A stretch of DNA of 63,226 bases, the filler included, from Octopus bimaculoides (Eukaryota), in the NCBI RefSeq assembly GCF_001194135.2. It is 4 parts of 4 records of this genome, joined end to end, with 100 filler letters (N's around TTAATTAATTAA, not from the genome) between each part and the next. Parts side by side here need not be neighbours in the genome. Positions count along the whole stretch, not along the records: positions 1 to 31,261 come from NC_068983.1; positions 31,362 to 53,620 come from NC_068988.1; 2 more parts are not named here. One strand, given 5' to 3'. Numbering within the stretch: position 1 is the first letter of the stretch; each line of letters starts with the position of its first letter. Positions 24,757 to 36,875 of the stretch are shown one piece after another. The position numbers and the translations under genes are program-made. The notes beneath the pieces were generated by a model. The model was not told the origin of the DNA. It ran no database searches and saw nothing but the letters and a program-made list of their open reading frames with translations.

Positions 24757-25860
24757 TACCGTAATACGGTGCATACAGCTGATACCTGCTTGGCGTGTTT
24801 CACATCATAACTCTTCAATAACATTACACTATTTTCATATTCATAGCTACAATCACACTCATCACAAGTGTATCATGGCACAGTATATTGGTGGTGCATT
24901 TTTATTTCTAATTAATTAAATGCAACTTAATGTTTTAAGTACCAAAATCGATAAAAAGAAGTAGAAGCACAACACCACTTCCCACCACCAACAGTCTCCA
25001 CCGAAAACATTTTCTTCTTCGTGGTTGGATTAGAGACTACCGTACCAATTTCTTTGTTGCATTTTTATTTTTTATAAATTCAGTGAAGCTTCATAGTCAT
25101 CAGGATGAATGATATCATCGTAAGGATTCTCTTCATCTTCATCTTCGCTGTCCATAGTTAGAAGTAGCACATCATCCACTTCTTTGTCATCCATGTCATC
25201 CCATAGACAATCGTCTTCTGTACCATCCAATGCATTCGAAATTTCACATTTCTTCAATGCTCTGACAGCAGTTTCAACTTTTCTTTCCTTTCATGAATCA
25301 ACGATCCATTCACAGATCAGAGGCAGTGATGAAGCCCGCATACAATCTCCTTTCGTAAACGTTTCTCCATCACGCATCCAATTATTCCACTTGATTCTCA
25401 TCATGTTCTTAAATCGCTTATTGATACTTACGTCTAATGCTTGAAAAACACTTGCAACTATATCAGTATTTTGTGACTGGGACTATCAACAACATTCTTC
25501 ACTAGATGTGCCCAAAACTGTTCCCAAACCTTGCAAACTCTTTTCTATTCGTAGTCCACCAGGTCGTAAATTCCAAACCTTCTTTATCCATTTTCTACAT
25601 CCACCTTCATCCATCCATCCTAGTGGATGCACATGGTTACAATTCCTTTTTGAATTTTCTCCTTCGGTACAGTTTTTCTCTTAAAAACAACCATCGGTTT
25701 TTTATTTAGTACCACCAGCAATACATGGAAGAACTAAAGTAAACTTACTTTTCTCGTGACCAGTGGTTCTCAAGAATACTGTTTTTCTCCTTTTTGATGA
25801 TTTTCAAATATCCACTCTGCAACTTTTTTCTCCAACTGTGGCCACTTTGGTAGGTTTTCA
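24757..25860 (-). mobile_element. pogo/Tigger-like transposon remnant (HTH fragment and DDE_1 region)
   Basis: KWPQLEKKVAEW, GGTK.KPMVVFKRK, QALDVSINKRFK and KKCEISNALDGTEDD.LW; terminal TACCGT at 24757. Confidence 0.85.
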
Positions 25861-26180
25861 CACACACACACGAACGCGCGCGCACACACACACGCACACA
25901 CAAATATGCTTGTATGTATGTATGTATGTATGTATGTATGTATGTATGTATGTATGTATATTCCAGTGTGGTGATAAGTTCAAAGAACTTTAGGGGAGGC
26001 AACCCGATAACTTTTATCAGAGAAAAATAGCTTAAAATGCTATGACAATTTAAGCATTAAAGAAGTAGGTGAGAAAATAGAGGGTAATGAAGGAATTTGG
26101 CGTGAAAATTTTTAAAATATCAGGTTAGAGTCAGGTCATAATGTCTCTTTGCAGCTCATCTGACCTCAGTTTCCATATAG

Positions 26181-26799
26181 TACCCGTGGAATACAGTCGT
26201 ATAGTTGAGGGTTTAAAATTTCTCCGTCATTTTATGTAAAAATACCCACCAGAAAAAAAAAACAAATATACAGCAGCATCTAAACTAAAAGTTATTGAAG
26301 TTACTGAGAAGAAAGAAACTGTGTAGCAGCAAGAGAATTTTGCGTCTCAGAGAAACTTGTGAGAGACAGAAGAAAGATATCCAAAAAATTCAGACAACCA
26401 AAAAAAAAATGTGCTAGCAAAAGAAATCCTAGCAAAGTGGCCACAATCGGAGAAAAAAGTTGCAGAGTGGGTACTTGAAAATCGTCAAAATAGTGTGTTA
26501 CTTGTGAAGCCATCCGAATTCATGCACGAAAAATCAACGAAGGATGGATTTTCAGATTTTAAAGCGAGTGTTGGATGGTGCACTAGGTTTATGAGACGTT
26601 GTCACTTAGTACTTCGGTAGATGTACTATGTTGGATACATTTGGTGTTTATCTGGTATGTTGATTTTCTTCATTTTTATGAGTCTTGATTATGCCTGCAC
26701 TGACGATTAGAAAATGGATTATGTACACTATGAAATCATATGATTTGCGGCTGAATCTGTTTTTAAGGCTTATAAGGTTGCATTCCCTCGCGTTCGGTA
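26181..26799 (+). mobile_element. pogo-like deletion derivative (Brinker-type DBD and CENP-B HTH)
   Basis: KLKVIEV, AAREF.VSEKLVRD, KWPQSEKKVAEWVLENRQN and FKASVGWCTRFMRR; termini TACC.../...CGGTA. Confidence 0.8.
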
Positions 26800-28594
26800 C
26801 ACTGTGTATTTATTATGGTAGTTTTGACTTTAAGAGTCCCTCATAGCGTGAGGCATTTACGTGTAGTAATGCTCTTAATGTAAATAAAACTTTAATAGGG
26901 AATTGAGTCAAATTTGACTGATATTTCTATCAGGTGCAAAAGGCCTGCTGCAAGATCAAATACTAACAATTGTTTGTGAATTATTGAAATATTGTTTCTT
27001 GCGTAGTAAATAGTTTCTATTTAAATGATTTAATTGGCTAAAAGAAAATTTAGAAAGCAACATAAAATAAGTAAAATAGGGAGTCCGAAGAAATGCTTCC
27101 TTTAAAATTTGTTTCATGTCACCTATATTTGGATGTATGTAAGCTAGTCGTATTATGCCGATGGGTTTCGGTGCCTTGCTTGATCCAGCTCAACCTCTGC
27201 ACATGCGCTATGCAAATGGAAGAAAAATGTCGCAGACGAAGAACAATTTTGAATAATGGGTTCTCATATTTTTTACGTGTAATTTTTACATGCAATATAT
27301 AATTACTTGTAAACTATAAAAACTGTTAAATGTCAAATTTATATACAATTAATGGCTCAGGTGTATTCCAGGCATGGTTCACAATAATTATCCAACGGAA
27401 TTAAAACTGAAAACGAATAAACAAGCCCCCACAAAAAAAAACAAAAAAAACATGGATGATAAAATGATAAAGACAAAACGATTTGTTTTAATGCAATTTT
27501 ATTTTGAGCAGAAACCATGTTGCATACAATCACACTTTGCTTTTATATATGTATATATATATATACATGTATATATAAATATATATATANNNNNNNNNNN
27601 NNNNNNNNNNNNNNNNNNNNNNNNNNNNNNNNNNNNNNNNNNNNNATATATAGGGATAAATATGTTTGTATGTGTGTCTTTCTGTGTTTTTATCTCGTGT
27701 AAATTTTAAATAAATTTTCTGATCTGCATTCAATTCAAAGATACAGATTATGTTGGCAAACAATCGATCAAGTTCACAAATCAAAAGCACAATGCTAACT
27801 CGTCGAAACAGAGCCACACAACCCCACAAAATATATCTTCATGCAAGACTCTGGTGGACATCGTCACTTTTCTTTAGATCCTAGATAGCAATTCCTGTTA
27901 GCGTCGACCAGCTCTGAAAATATACAATAAATTCATCTTGTTAGTTTAATTTTCTAAAACACACTTGATTATTCAGTTTTAAACATTTCATACGAAAGTA
28001 ACAAGCAAACGTAAGATGAAACAGAGATATTGTTATAATGGATATTGTTCAGTAGTCCCAAATCCGTTGTGGTTGAGCCGGTCTATGACCAAGAGCATTT
28101 TAATCTTGACTATCCACCTTTTTTTAGGCATGATGTGGCCCAGACTACCTTATCCAGTGTATAATTTTTTGTAGCTGTACAGGATGCGATTAAAGAGATA
28201 TTTGATCGCTATTTCTACCAGGTAGAACGACTACATAGAGACTGGTTTCTTAGTAGGCTCATTGATGTTAACATAGTCATATACATCCCTCAATGTAATA
28301 CAATCTCTCAATGTGGATAAATTTCTCTCTTGCAAAATCTTTTTTGTCTTTTAAAAGAATTCGTGCTCACCACAGAAAGCTAATGGATGATTTCTCTGCC
28401 TAGACAATGTATCTCACTGTGCCATTACAAACGGTTCTCTTTGTGTTAGATTATGTTGATGTTAGTCTGTTAGTGCTAGTGTTAGTTTATGTTGATGTTA
28501 TTTACCCCTTAGAATAAGAAGACCTTTCACCAAAAGTCTTCCACTCCGTCTTTTCGTATATTTGGAACTATATCGTCTGATCTGCGTTTTTATC

Positions 28595-28636
<42 letters not shown>

Positions 28637-28764
28637 GCTTTTTTTAAGTGATAAGATATAATCTGAGAGGTATTGGGTACTATTGCTAGCAAGTCAATGG
28701 ACTGCATAAAGGTTCCCGAGTTGGCTTATATGTTGATGTTAGGTGTGATATAATAGTTCTTTCT

Positions 28765-28975
28765 ACTATAGGCGCAAGGCCTGAAATTTTAGGGGAGGAG
28801 CTAGCCGATTAAGTCGACCCCAGTGCTGAACTGGTACTTTTTTTTATCGATCCCGAAATGATAAAAGGCGATGTTGATCTCGGCAAAAGTTGAACTCAAA
28901 ACGTAAAGCCGGAAAAAATCCCGTAAGTATTTTGTCCGACGTGCTATCGATTCAACCAGCTCGACGTTTTGTGAT
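28765..28975 (-). mobile_element. Meta/Nin-type SINE
   Basis: Family similarity within the window. Confidence 0.8.
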
Positions 28976-29920
28976 TGTGGTATAATAATGATGATGATGA
29001 TCAGTGCAGGCATACCAGGTTATTAAGAAATTGCCTTTACAATCATGAGATCATACGATTCCATTACGTGGTATCTTGCGAAAATGCGTTGCATCATATC
29101 TTCGATTTTACCAAAGGTTGTGATTGAAGTTATATGGATGGAAACTGTGCGGAAGTCCGTCAAATGGTTAGTATCTATAATTCAAATAGATACCCTTGTC
29201 ACACAGAGTCATATTGGTTTTGTCTGCAGATTTCAGTAAGGGCTGTCAGAGGAATAATGCATAGATACTTCAATTGAGAGGACAACTGAAATATTCATTG
29301 GCGAAGTATTCGCTTAGCTTTACTAAATCTCGTATTCATAATAAGAATCTCGAAAGAGAAAGCAATTAACTAATGAACAAACATAAATATAATGTGGCTT
29401 TGATGCATTTTATGGTATCACATAGGATTTAAGTAAAGCTGATTGTATCATGTAAACTTTTTCTTGAGTTCTATCAAGTATGAATATGGATCTCCTGTGT
29501 CTCTAATAAATTCATATACATTCCAGCGAAGGTGATTCTACATGGTCGGTCAACTTGCTAGAAAAATCAACCAAACTACTCTCAAATTAAGCCCCACCTT
29601 TTTGAACAAGGAAAGGACACCTTCGATGATCTAGTGGCAGATACACTCCTAAGAATACTGATTAGTCACTGCTGGAACACCTTTTCATTATAGATCTGTT
29701 CGAATAGAGTCAACCGGAACCTAAATGTTAATATATTTATGAATTTTAAATAGTGTAAACAATTACTGAAGCAGGACTCAAACTTGGAATATTTGGTATC
29801 CATTGTCCTAATTAAAACGTTCGCAAATATTTCACGAGTAATCATGGAATAAGACACTCAGTGTACATTTAAAGAGCCTGGCCTGTGACACAGTTTTTGG
29901 TTCTTGACTGTAGCACTTAC

Positions 29921-29970
29921 GCATAATGTGCACAGAAGAAACACAGGCATTGTGCTATATTTTTACTGCG
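29921..29970 (-). CDS. Candidate internal exon (RSKNIAQCLCFFCAHYA), unidentified
   Basis: Acceptor TCTTTGTCTTTAG, donor GC|GTAAGT, one open frame; phase-compatible with 33162-33253 and 29666-29720. Confidence 0.25.
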
Positions 29971-30399
29971 CTAAAGACAAAGATGATTAACTAAGGGCAG
30001 AAAACAAATAACCATACAACTCTAGTGAATGAATGAGGACAAATAAATGTCCTTAATTTACAATGCTATAAATAACAATGGGAGCACACATTTTTAGATG
30101 ATAATATATAATTAATAAATGAATCGATTACCAATCTTATTTTTTTGTCTATAAATTGATTGGGAAAGCAGTACCTCCGAGATTTGTGAAAAGGTGAGAA
30201 AATCTCTTCAAACCGGTGACCTGGTCGAATGCTCGCAACAGAATGTGCTCTGCTGAAGGCAGCCACGTAGCCAGGTAGTTGTGATAATGGATTAAGGTTA
30301 CTACACATGTAAATCAAGATGTGATATGTAGCCAAGACACCGGAATGTAACATACCGGAATAAGAACTGCAAAGCTTCCGGTTCGAAGTTTTTACAGTT

Positions 30400-31120
30400 C
30401 TACCAACCCACCACGCAGAATTAGTACTTATTTGTTGACTTTGAAAAGAAAAGGTTGACAACGGTGGGATTTGAACTCAGAGCGCACAATTGGAACAAAC
30501 ATTATGAAGAATTCCGCCATTTTGTTGCCAAGGGGACATGACGTAGAATCATTATTAAAAATTTGAATGGGGAAATACAATAACTAGTGTGGGGCAATTA
30601 ATCTCGCGCGCTGTAATTTCTGTCAGACGGACATAATGCCATTAAGCATTTTGCTCGGCGTGCTAACGATTCTGGCAGCTCGTCGCCTTGATGATGATGA
30701 TGTTAATAATAATTATAATAATCCTTTCTTTTATAGTTTGCGGGAGGGGATAGTCGATTACACTGACCACAGTACTCAACTGGTACTTAATTTATCGACC
30801 CCGAAAGGATGAAAGGTAAAGTCGACCTCGGCGGAATTTGAACGCAGAACGTATCGGCGAGCGAAATACCGCTAAGAAGTTCGTCCAGCGTGCTAACGAT
30901 TCTGCCAGCTCGCCTTTCTATCATAGGCACAAGGCCTGAAATTTCGGGGAATTGGGAAAGACGATCACATTGACCCCAGTTCTTGACTTAATTCATTGAC
31001 CCTGAATAGATTAAAGGCAAAGTCAACCTCGGCGGTATTCAAACTCAGAATGTAAAGACGGACATAATGCAGTTAAGCATTTTGTTCGGCATGCTAACAA
31101 TTCTGCCAGCTCGCTGCCTT
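30400..31120 (-). mobile_element. Cluster of tandem Meta/Nin-type SINE copies and fragments
   Basis: Near-complete copies at about 30725-30917 and 30915-31120, fragments at 30400-30690, followed by (AAT/ATT)n. Confidence 0.8.
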
Positions 31121-31157
31121 CACAATAACAATAATAATAATAATAGTAATAATAATA

Positions 31158-31189
<32 letters not shown>

Positions 31190-31261
31190 TATCATTATTA
31201 TTATTATTATTGTTATTATTATTATTATTATTATTATTCAGTAGTTTTATTTTTATAACGT

Positions 31262-31361
31262 NNNNNNNNNNNNNNNNNNNNNNNNNNNNNNNNNNNNNNN
31301 NNNNNTTAATTAATTAANNNNNNNNNNNNNNNNNNNNNNNNNNNNNNNNNNNNNNNNNNNN
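31262..31361. other. Assembly gap spacer N44-TTAATTAATTAA-N44 (also 53621-53720 and 58760-58859)
   Basis: Three identical 100-nt blocks; the 12-mer gives a stop in all six frames. Confidence 0.95.
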
Positions 31362-31393
<32 letters not shown>

Positions 31394-31423
31394 AACAGGA
31401 TAAGGCATAAATAATGGTCACTA

Positions 31424-32770
31424 CATAGATGGGTTGGACAAAATAATAGAAACACCTTAAAATTTCAAACAAATTTATTTTCATAAGGAATTGGATCGCC
31501 TTTGGCAGTAATTACAGCCTGAATTCTACGAGGTATGGACTCGTACAAAGTTTGATTTGTTTGCAAAGGAATTTTTGTCCGTTCTTCAGCTAAGTCTTCA
31601 GTTCTTGTAGTGATGATGGTGGATGATATCGAACTCTCACTTGTTTTTCTAAAATGCACCATAAATGTTCAATAATATTGAGATCTAAGTACTGTGGTGG
31701 GTAGGTAAGATATTCAACTTCACTAGAATTTTCCTCGTGCCATTCACTAACAACCTTAGCTGTGTAAATTAGTGCATTATCATCCTGAAAGACTGCGTTT
31801 CCCCCCGGAAACAGTCACGCAACTATAGGATTAATTTGATTAGATAAAATGCTTAAATAGTCTTGACTATTAATTCTGCCAAGAAGGGAAACCATTAGGC
31901 TGGCATATTTCCAAGATATAGACCCTCTCCCAGATCATCACAGATCCTCCTCCATGCTTAACAGCTAGAAGAAGGCAGTCTGGGTCAAATGCTTCTTTTG
32001 GCTGTCTCCACACTTATGCTTGGCCGATGGTTGGAAATAATGTAGAGATGACTCGTCCGAAAAAAATAACATTCTTTTACTGCTCTAGAGACCAATTCTG
32101 TAAGTTTTTACTCCACTCTAAACGCTTTGAAACGTATGTTTTTGAAAGCAGTGGTTTTCTGTTTGCAGCCCTACCGTGAAACCCGACTTTGTGCAGCTCC
32201 CGGCGAAGTCTTCTCAAGGTGGTNNNNNNNNNNNNNNNNNNNNNNNNNNNNNNNNNNNNNNNNNNNNNNNNNNNNNNNNNNNNNNNNNNNNNNNNNNNNN
32301 NNNNNNNNNNNNNNNNNNNNNNNNNNNNNNNNNNNNNNNNNNNNNNNNNNNNNNNNNNNNNNNNNNNNNNNNNNNNNNNNNNNNNNNNNNNNNNNNNNNN
32401 NNNNNNNNNNNNNNNNNNNNNNNNNNNNNNNNNNNNNNNNNNNNNNNNNNNNNNNNNNNNNNNNNNNNNNNNNNNNNNNNNNNNNNNNNNNNNNNNNNNN
32501 NNNNNNNNNNNNNNNNNNNNNNNGATACACCAAACATTTCGGCTGTTTTCGTTACGCTAGCGACTGGCATACGAGCGCCAATAATTTAACATCGTTGAAA
32601 GTCCGATAAATCTGTCATTTTAGTGAATTTTAGGTACCTTTTCCATATAAACAACACTAATAATAAATAGAAAAAACATAAAAAATAAACAAGCGTTTGA
32701 TGGTATTATAGATATTTAAAAATTATGATGCTATGATGCTAGGTGTTTCCATTATTTTGTCCAAACCATG
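31424..32770 (-). mobile_element. Tc1-like (DD34E) transposon with both TIRs
   Basis: TIRs ..TTGGACAAAATAAT(A/G)GAAACACC flanked by TA; FSDESS, FQDDNA, PQYLDLNIIEHLW and YESIPRRIQAVITAKG; internal gap. Confidence 0.9.
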
Positions 32771-33161
32771 TATATATATATGCAACAGTGTCACAATGAT
32801 TCTTCCTGAAAATGAAGGTAATTGCATACATGTGTATAGAACAATTTTATCCACCCCCAGCCCTCTATATTTTAAAGCAGTGAGTAGGAAATTCGGTCGA
32901 ACGAACACCTTTGATCGCACCACAGAATCCAACGTAGACCTATCTGTCCATTCACCTACAAACAATGTCTTAATCCCTATGCCCAGATACATAAGGATAT
33001 GTGTATGAATGTGTGTGTGTACGTGTGTGTGTGTGTGTGTGTGTGTGNNNNNNNNNNGTGTGTGTGTGTGTGCATGCGTGTTTTATGGTGGGTCTATGGT
33101 AGGATTGTTATACATTTATTTATGTATTTGTAGACATAATTACTTGGCATACCGAACTTAC

Positions 33162-33253
33162 GTATTTTCCTCGTATTTTTATTGCATTGTAAAACACATT
33201 ACCGATGAAGCTTTCTAAAATGTCATAGTTAAGTATGAAATCTACACTCTTTT
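33162..33253 (-). CDS. Candidate internal exon (KSVDFILNYDILESFIGNVFYNAIKIRGKY), unidentified
   Basis: Acceptor ACATTTCAG, donor TAC|GTAAGT, 92 nt, phase 1 to 0. Confidence 0.3.
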
Positions 33254-33480
33254 CTGAAATGTATGTAAGCTGTGAGAATAGTAAGGTACAAAACTTTATT
33301 ATACTGTAATACGTCATAATTAAACTTGAAGAAAAACTCAAGTAAATAGTTTAGTAGAATTGTTGTTCATATTTTTGACATAATTCTATTTTGATTATCG
33401 GCTCTAGAATGGAATTGACTATGTGTGTGTGCGTGTGTGTGTGTATGTGTGTGAGTGAGTATGTGCGTGTGTATGTGTGT

Positions 33481-33532
<52 letters not shown>

Positions 33533-34112
33533 AAGCGCGTGTGTGCATCAATGAATTTATGACATTTTAAGCATTAGGAGAACAAATATAACGCCAGAAA
33601 TAAACAGTGTCAAATGTCAGAGTTGACAGAAATATCATTTTAAATTATGTAAAAGTACTTGACAGTCAGACTGGTATATTTAGGTACAATAATCAGACGC
33701 AGCAAAGTGTCTGTACATACACATACACCAAAAGACTCAAACATAATGAGACACATATACACACAATTTCAAATAGTTATGAGATTACAAATGTGTACTC
33801 GGGTAATTAGATACAAGTACTTCGTTGGTACTTTATTTTTCAATATACGAAGAAAGGATAGTAAAGCTGAATCCGAGGACTTATCTAATTCCGACAGGTA
33901 TGCTCGCACAACAAGCGCATACGCGCGCACACCCACACAAAATCACTAGCAGAGTTAATCGTGTCTGCCACGGTGCCAAAGATTCTGTCTTAAACTTAAG
34001 TTGTACTAATATTTACATATTCCTTTATATTCAGTTTTACTTGCAACATACTTTCCTTTGTAATATTGAATTTTATCAAAAGCTGATTTTACTGTTTCTA
34101 TGATGTTTCGGT

Positions 34113-34287
34113 GGAGGCGCAATGGCCCAGTGGTTAGGGCAGTGGACTCGTGGTCATAGGATCGCGGTTTCGATTCCCAGACCGGACGTTGTGAGTGTTT
34201 ATTGAGCGAAAACACCTAAAGCTCCACGAGCCTCCGGCAGGGGGTGGTGGCGAACCCTGCTGTACACTTTCACCACGACTTTCTCTC
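34113..34287 (+). mobile_element. tRNA-derived SINE, 5' part (remainder in gap)
   Basis: Box A TGGCCCAGTGG and box B GGTTTCGATTCCC. Confidence 0.8.
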
Positions 34288-34862
34288 NNNNNNNNNNNNN
34301 NNNNNNNNNNNNNNNNNNNNNNNNNNNNNNNNNNNNNNNNNNNNNNNNNNNNNNNNNNNNNNNNNNNNNNNNNNNNNNNNNNNNNNNNNNNNNNNNNNNN
34401 NNNNNNNNNNNNNNNNNNNNNNNNNNNNNNNNNNNNNNNNNNNNNNNNNNNNNNNNNNNNNNNNNNNNNNNNNNNNNNNNNNNNNNNNNNNNNNNNNNNN
34501 NNNNNNNNNNNNNNNNNNNNNNNNNNNNNNNNNNNNNNNNNNNNNNNNNNNNNNNNNNNNNNNNNNNNNNNNNNNNNNNNNNNNNNNNNNNNNNNNNNNN
34601 NNNNNNNNNNNNNNNNNNNNNNNNNNNNNNNNNNNNNNNNNNNNNNNNNNNNNNNNNNNNNNNNNNNNNNNNNNNNNNNNNNNNNNNNNNNNNNNNNNNN
34701 NNNNNNNNNNNNNNNNNNNNNNNNNNNNNNNNNNNNNNNNNNNNNNNNNNNNNNNNNNNNNNNNNNNNNNNNNNNNNNNNNNNNNNNNNNNNNNNNNNNN
34801 NNNNNNNNNNNNNNNNNNNNNNNNNNNNNNNNNNNNNNNNNNNNNNNNNNNNNNNNNNNNNN

Positions 34863-35317
34863 CTACAGCATATATTCTGCTCAATACCACAGATTTGCTT
34901 GTCAGTTGTTTGACCTTAACCAGTTGGGCATGTCCCTTGGTGGTTGACGATATGTGCATCTCTGTTCATGAGCAGAAGTAGTGGGGGAGCATCATAGCCA
35001 TGTGTTGAGGGGAATTCTTTGGGGTTTGGATAATTCACATTTGGAAACATGGATGTTTTGCTCAACATCCTTAAACAAACCTTATTCAGAGACCTTTTGA
35101 TCGGGATTGGCTACTCGACCTGAAGAAAATTCTAACTGAGCCCCACTTGCGAGGTCATGCGCTGTTTATCTGGATATGAGATCACCATGTTGCGCAGAAA
35201 TGGTTGTGATGCATGTGCCTGGCGTACCCTTATTAGACGGGTTGTCATGATGGGTATAATTGGCTTCGTATATTTTACCCCAGTGTCACTTTGATGGCAT
35301 GCACTGCTCTCTCACTC

Positions 35318-35380
<63 letters not shown>
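34863..35380 (+). mobile_element. Retroposon 3' region with (AAT)n tail
   Basis: Higher-GC block ending in a long (AAT)n; recalled as a common octopus repeat, not checked. Confidence 0.45.
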
Positions 35381-35384
<4 letters not shown>

Positions 35385-35385
<1 letters not shown>

Positions 35386-35576
35386 CAACATCGAAAGATA
35401 CCTTAGGAATGAGAACCCAGGTTCGAAATTTCCCCCAATACACCTGATGAAGGCTGGAGGCTATATCAGCCGAAACGTTGTGTTAACAACAAACAAGATG
35501 AGGATAAATATCCGTCAATTGTAGATGATGTAAATAATGTACATATTCCTCATCTCTTAAATATAGAACTGCAATT
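35385..35576 (+). mobile_element. Penelope-like terminal repeat (solo pLTR-like) with HHR
   Basis: Short non-coding block containing the HHR at 35440-35483. Confidence 0.55.
35440..35483 (+). ncRNA. Minimal type I hammerhead ribozyme
   Basis: ACAC-CTGATGA-A-GGCTG..CAGCC-GAAA-CG-TT-GTGT; stem III palindrome ACGT; triplet GUU. Confidence 0.75.
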
Positions 35577-36611
35577 GCTAGATTGTTGTGACAGCATTTC
35601 TTCTTTATCTAGCGCGAAGAATAATTCTTGTTTGTTGGACATCGTATTCCAGTTGTTAAATATAATTTTTTGTTACTAATAGATTAGCTCGGCTATAGTT
35701 CCTATTGAGTTGTTCAACCTCATAGTGCAAGATGTGCGAACCACCGTCTGTACACTATGATAATCAATGCTTTATTTTAGAGGGCTGAGATAAACTCTAA
35801 CTATGTTTGTGTTTCACGTCTTGCTCGACATACTATGCAATCAGTCATGCTTTTCTGTGGACTATGCCCAAATTTTCTGAGTATAGATTGTAAACAGATA
35901 AAGAATATAATAATAATCCTGCGAGCGAGAGTGTAATCGATTCTAAACTACTACTTGTTTCTCCATCTTAGAATATTCTTCTCTAGTAAACCTGTTCGGC
36001 GCGCGCGCGCACACAAGCATACACACACGCGCACACACACACACACACACACACACTGTTTCTCTCTGTCTGTTTGTCTCTGTCTCTCTCTCTCTTCTCT
36101 CTCACACACACACACACACACATGTCATACAACCGATTTAAAATTCTTGGTGCAAGGAGTCAGGAGCCCTCTAAAATTTAGAATATATTATTTGGTGACG
36201 TAAATACACATGAAGATCAGACTATTTTAAAGTGTATATAAAAATGTGTGTGTATGTGCGTGTTTGTGTGTGTGCTTGTGTGTGTGTGTGTGTATTTATG
36301 TATGTATTCATAGACACATTCATACACATTATTATATACATTCATACATATCATTCAGTTTTATTTCAAGATCTCTTGCTAATAGAGAAAGAGCCGGTTT
36401 CTGACCTAGATCCACGTCTCCTGCATTAGAATTTCAACATCAACAGAGTATTTGAGCATGTATACGCATATGTATAGTATTTGGAGTCGATGCATGTGCA
36501 GTTTCGTTTTATGTATGTATTCTTATGCATATAATTGCCTGTCTAGACATGCACATATATACTTAAATAATATTTTGTTGTGTCTAGGAAGAGTTATGCC
36601 AAAGTTATTAA

Positions 36612-36875
36612 CACATGCACTAGTCAATTGGTTAAATATCCAACAAACTAATAGTTTTTTTGTTGAACTTGGTTAAACAGTAAGTCTAAGAACTTTCGAA
36701 AACTGATGAAAGTCATTGAATAGATTGCAAGTAGCAACGAAAGAGCTTTCGCAAACAAAAACGAAACAAATGGCTTACTGTCTAACCACTTTGAACAAAC
36801 AATCGATTGATTAGTTAGTTGGATACTTAAGCAATTGACTAATAATAAAGGAGTGGAATTGAACCAGTGCATGAG
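36612..36875. mobile_element. piggyBac-type MITE with TTAA TSD
   Basis: TTAA|CACATGCACTAG...CCAGTGCATGAG|TTAA, plus a 33-bp subterminal inverted repeat (29/33). Confidence 0.7.

Noticed and set aside
30175-30300. Minus-strand 126-nt exon-like block (TLIHYHNYLATWLPSAEH..)
   Set aside because: Phase is incompatible with neighbouring candidates, the donor is weak, and no homolog was recognised
31306-31317. TTAATTAATTAA islands inside N runs (also 53665 and 58804)
   Set aside because: Identical 44N-12-44N blocks that act as six-frame stop spacers; an assembly artefact
34113-34190. tRNA-like sequence with A and B boxes
   Set aside because: SINE head; continues into SINE body with no acceptor stem
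36702-36752. CTGATGA...GAAAGAGCTTTC HHR-like motif inside the MITE
   Set aside because: Neither stem I nor stem II can pair
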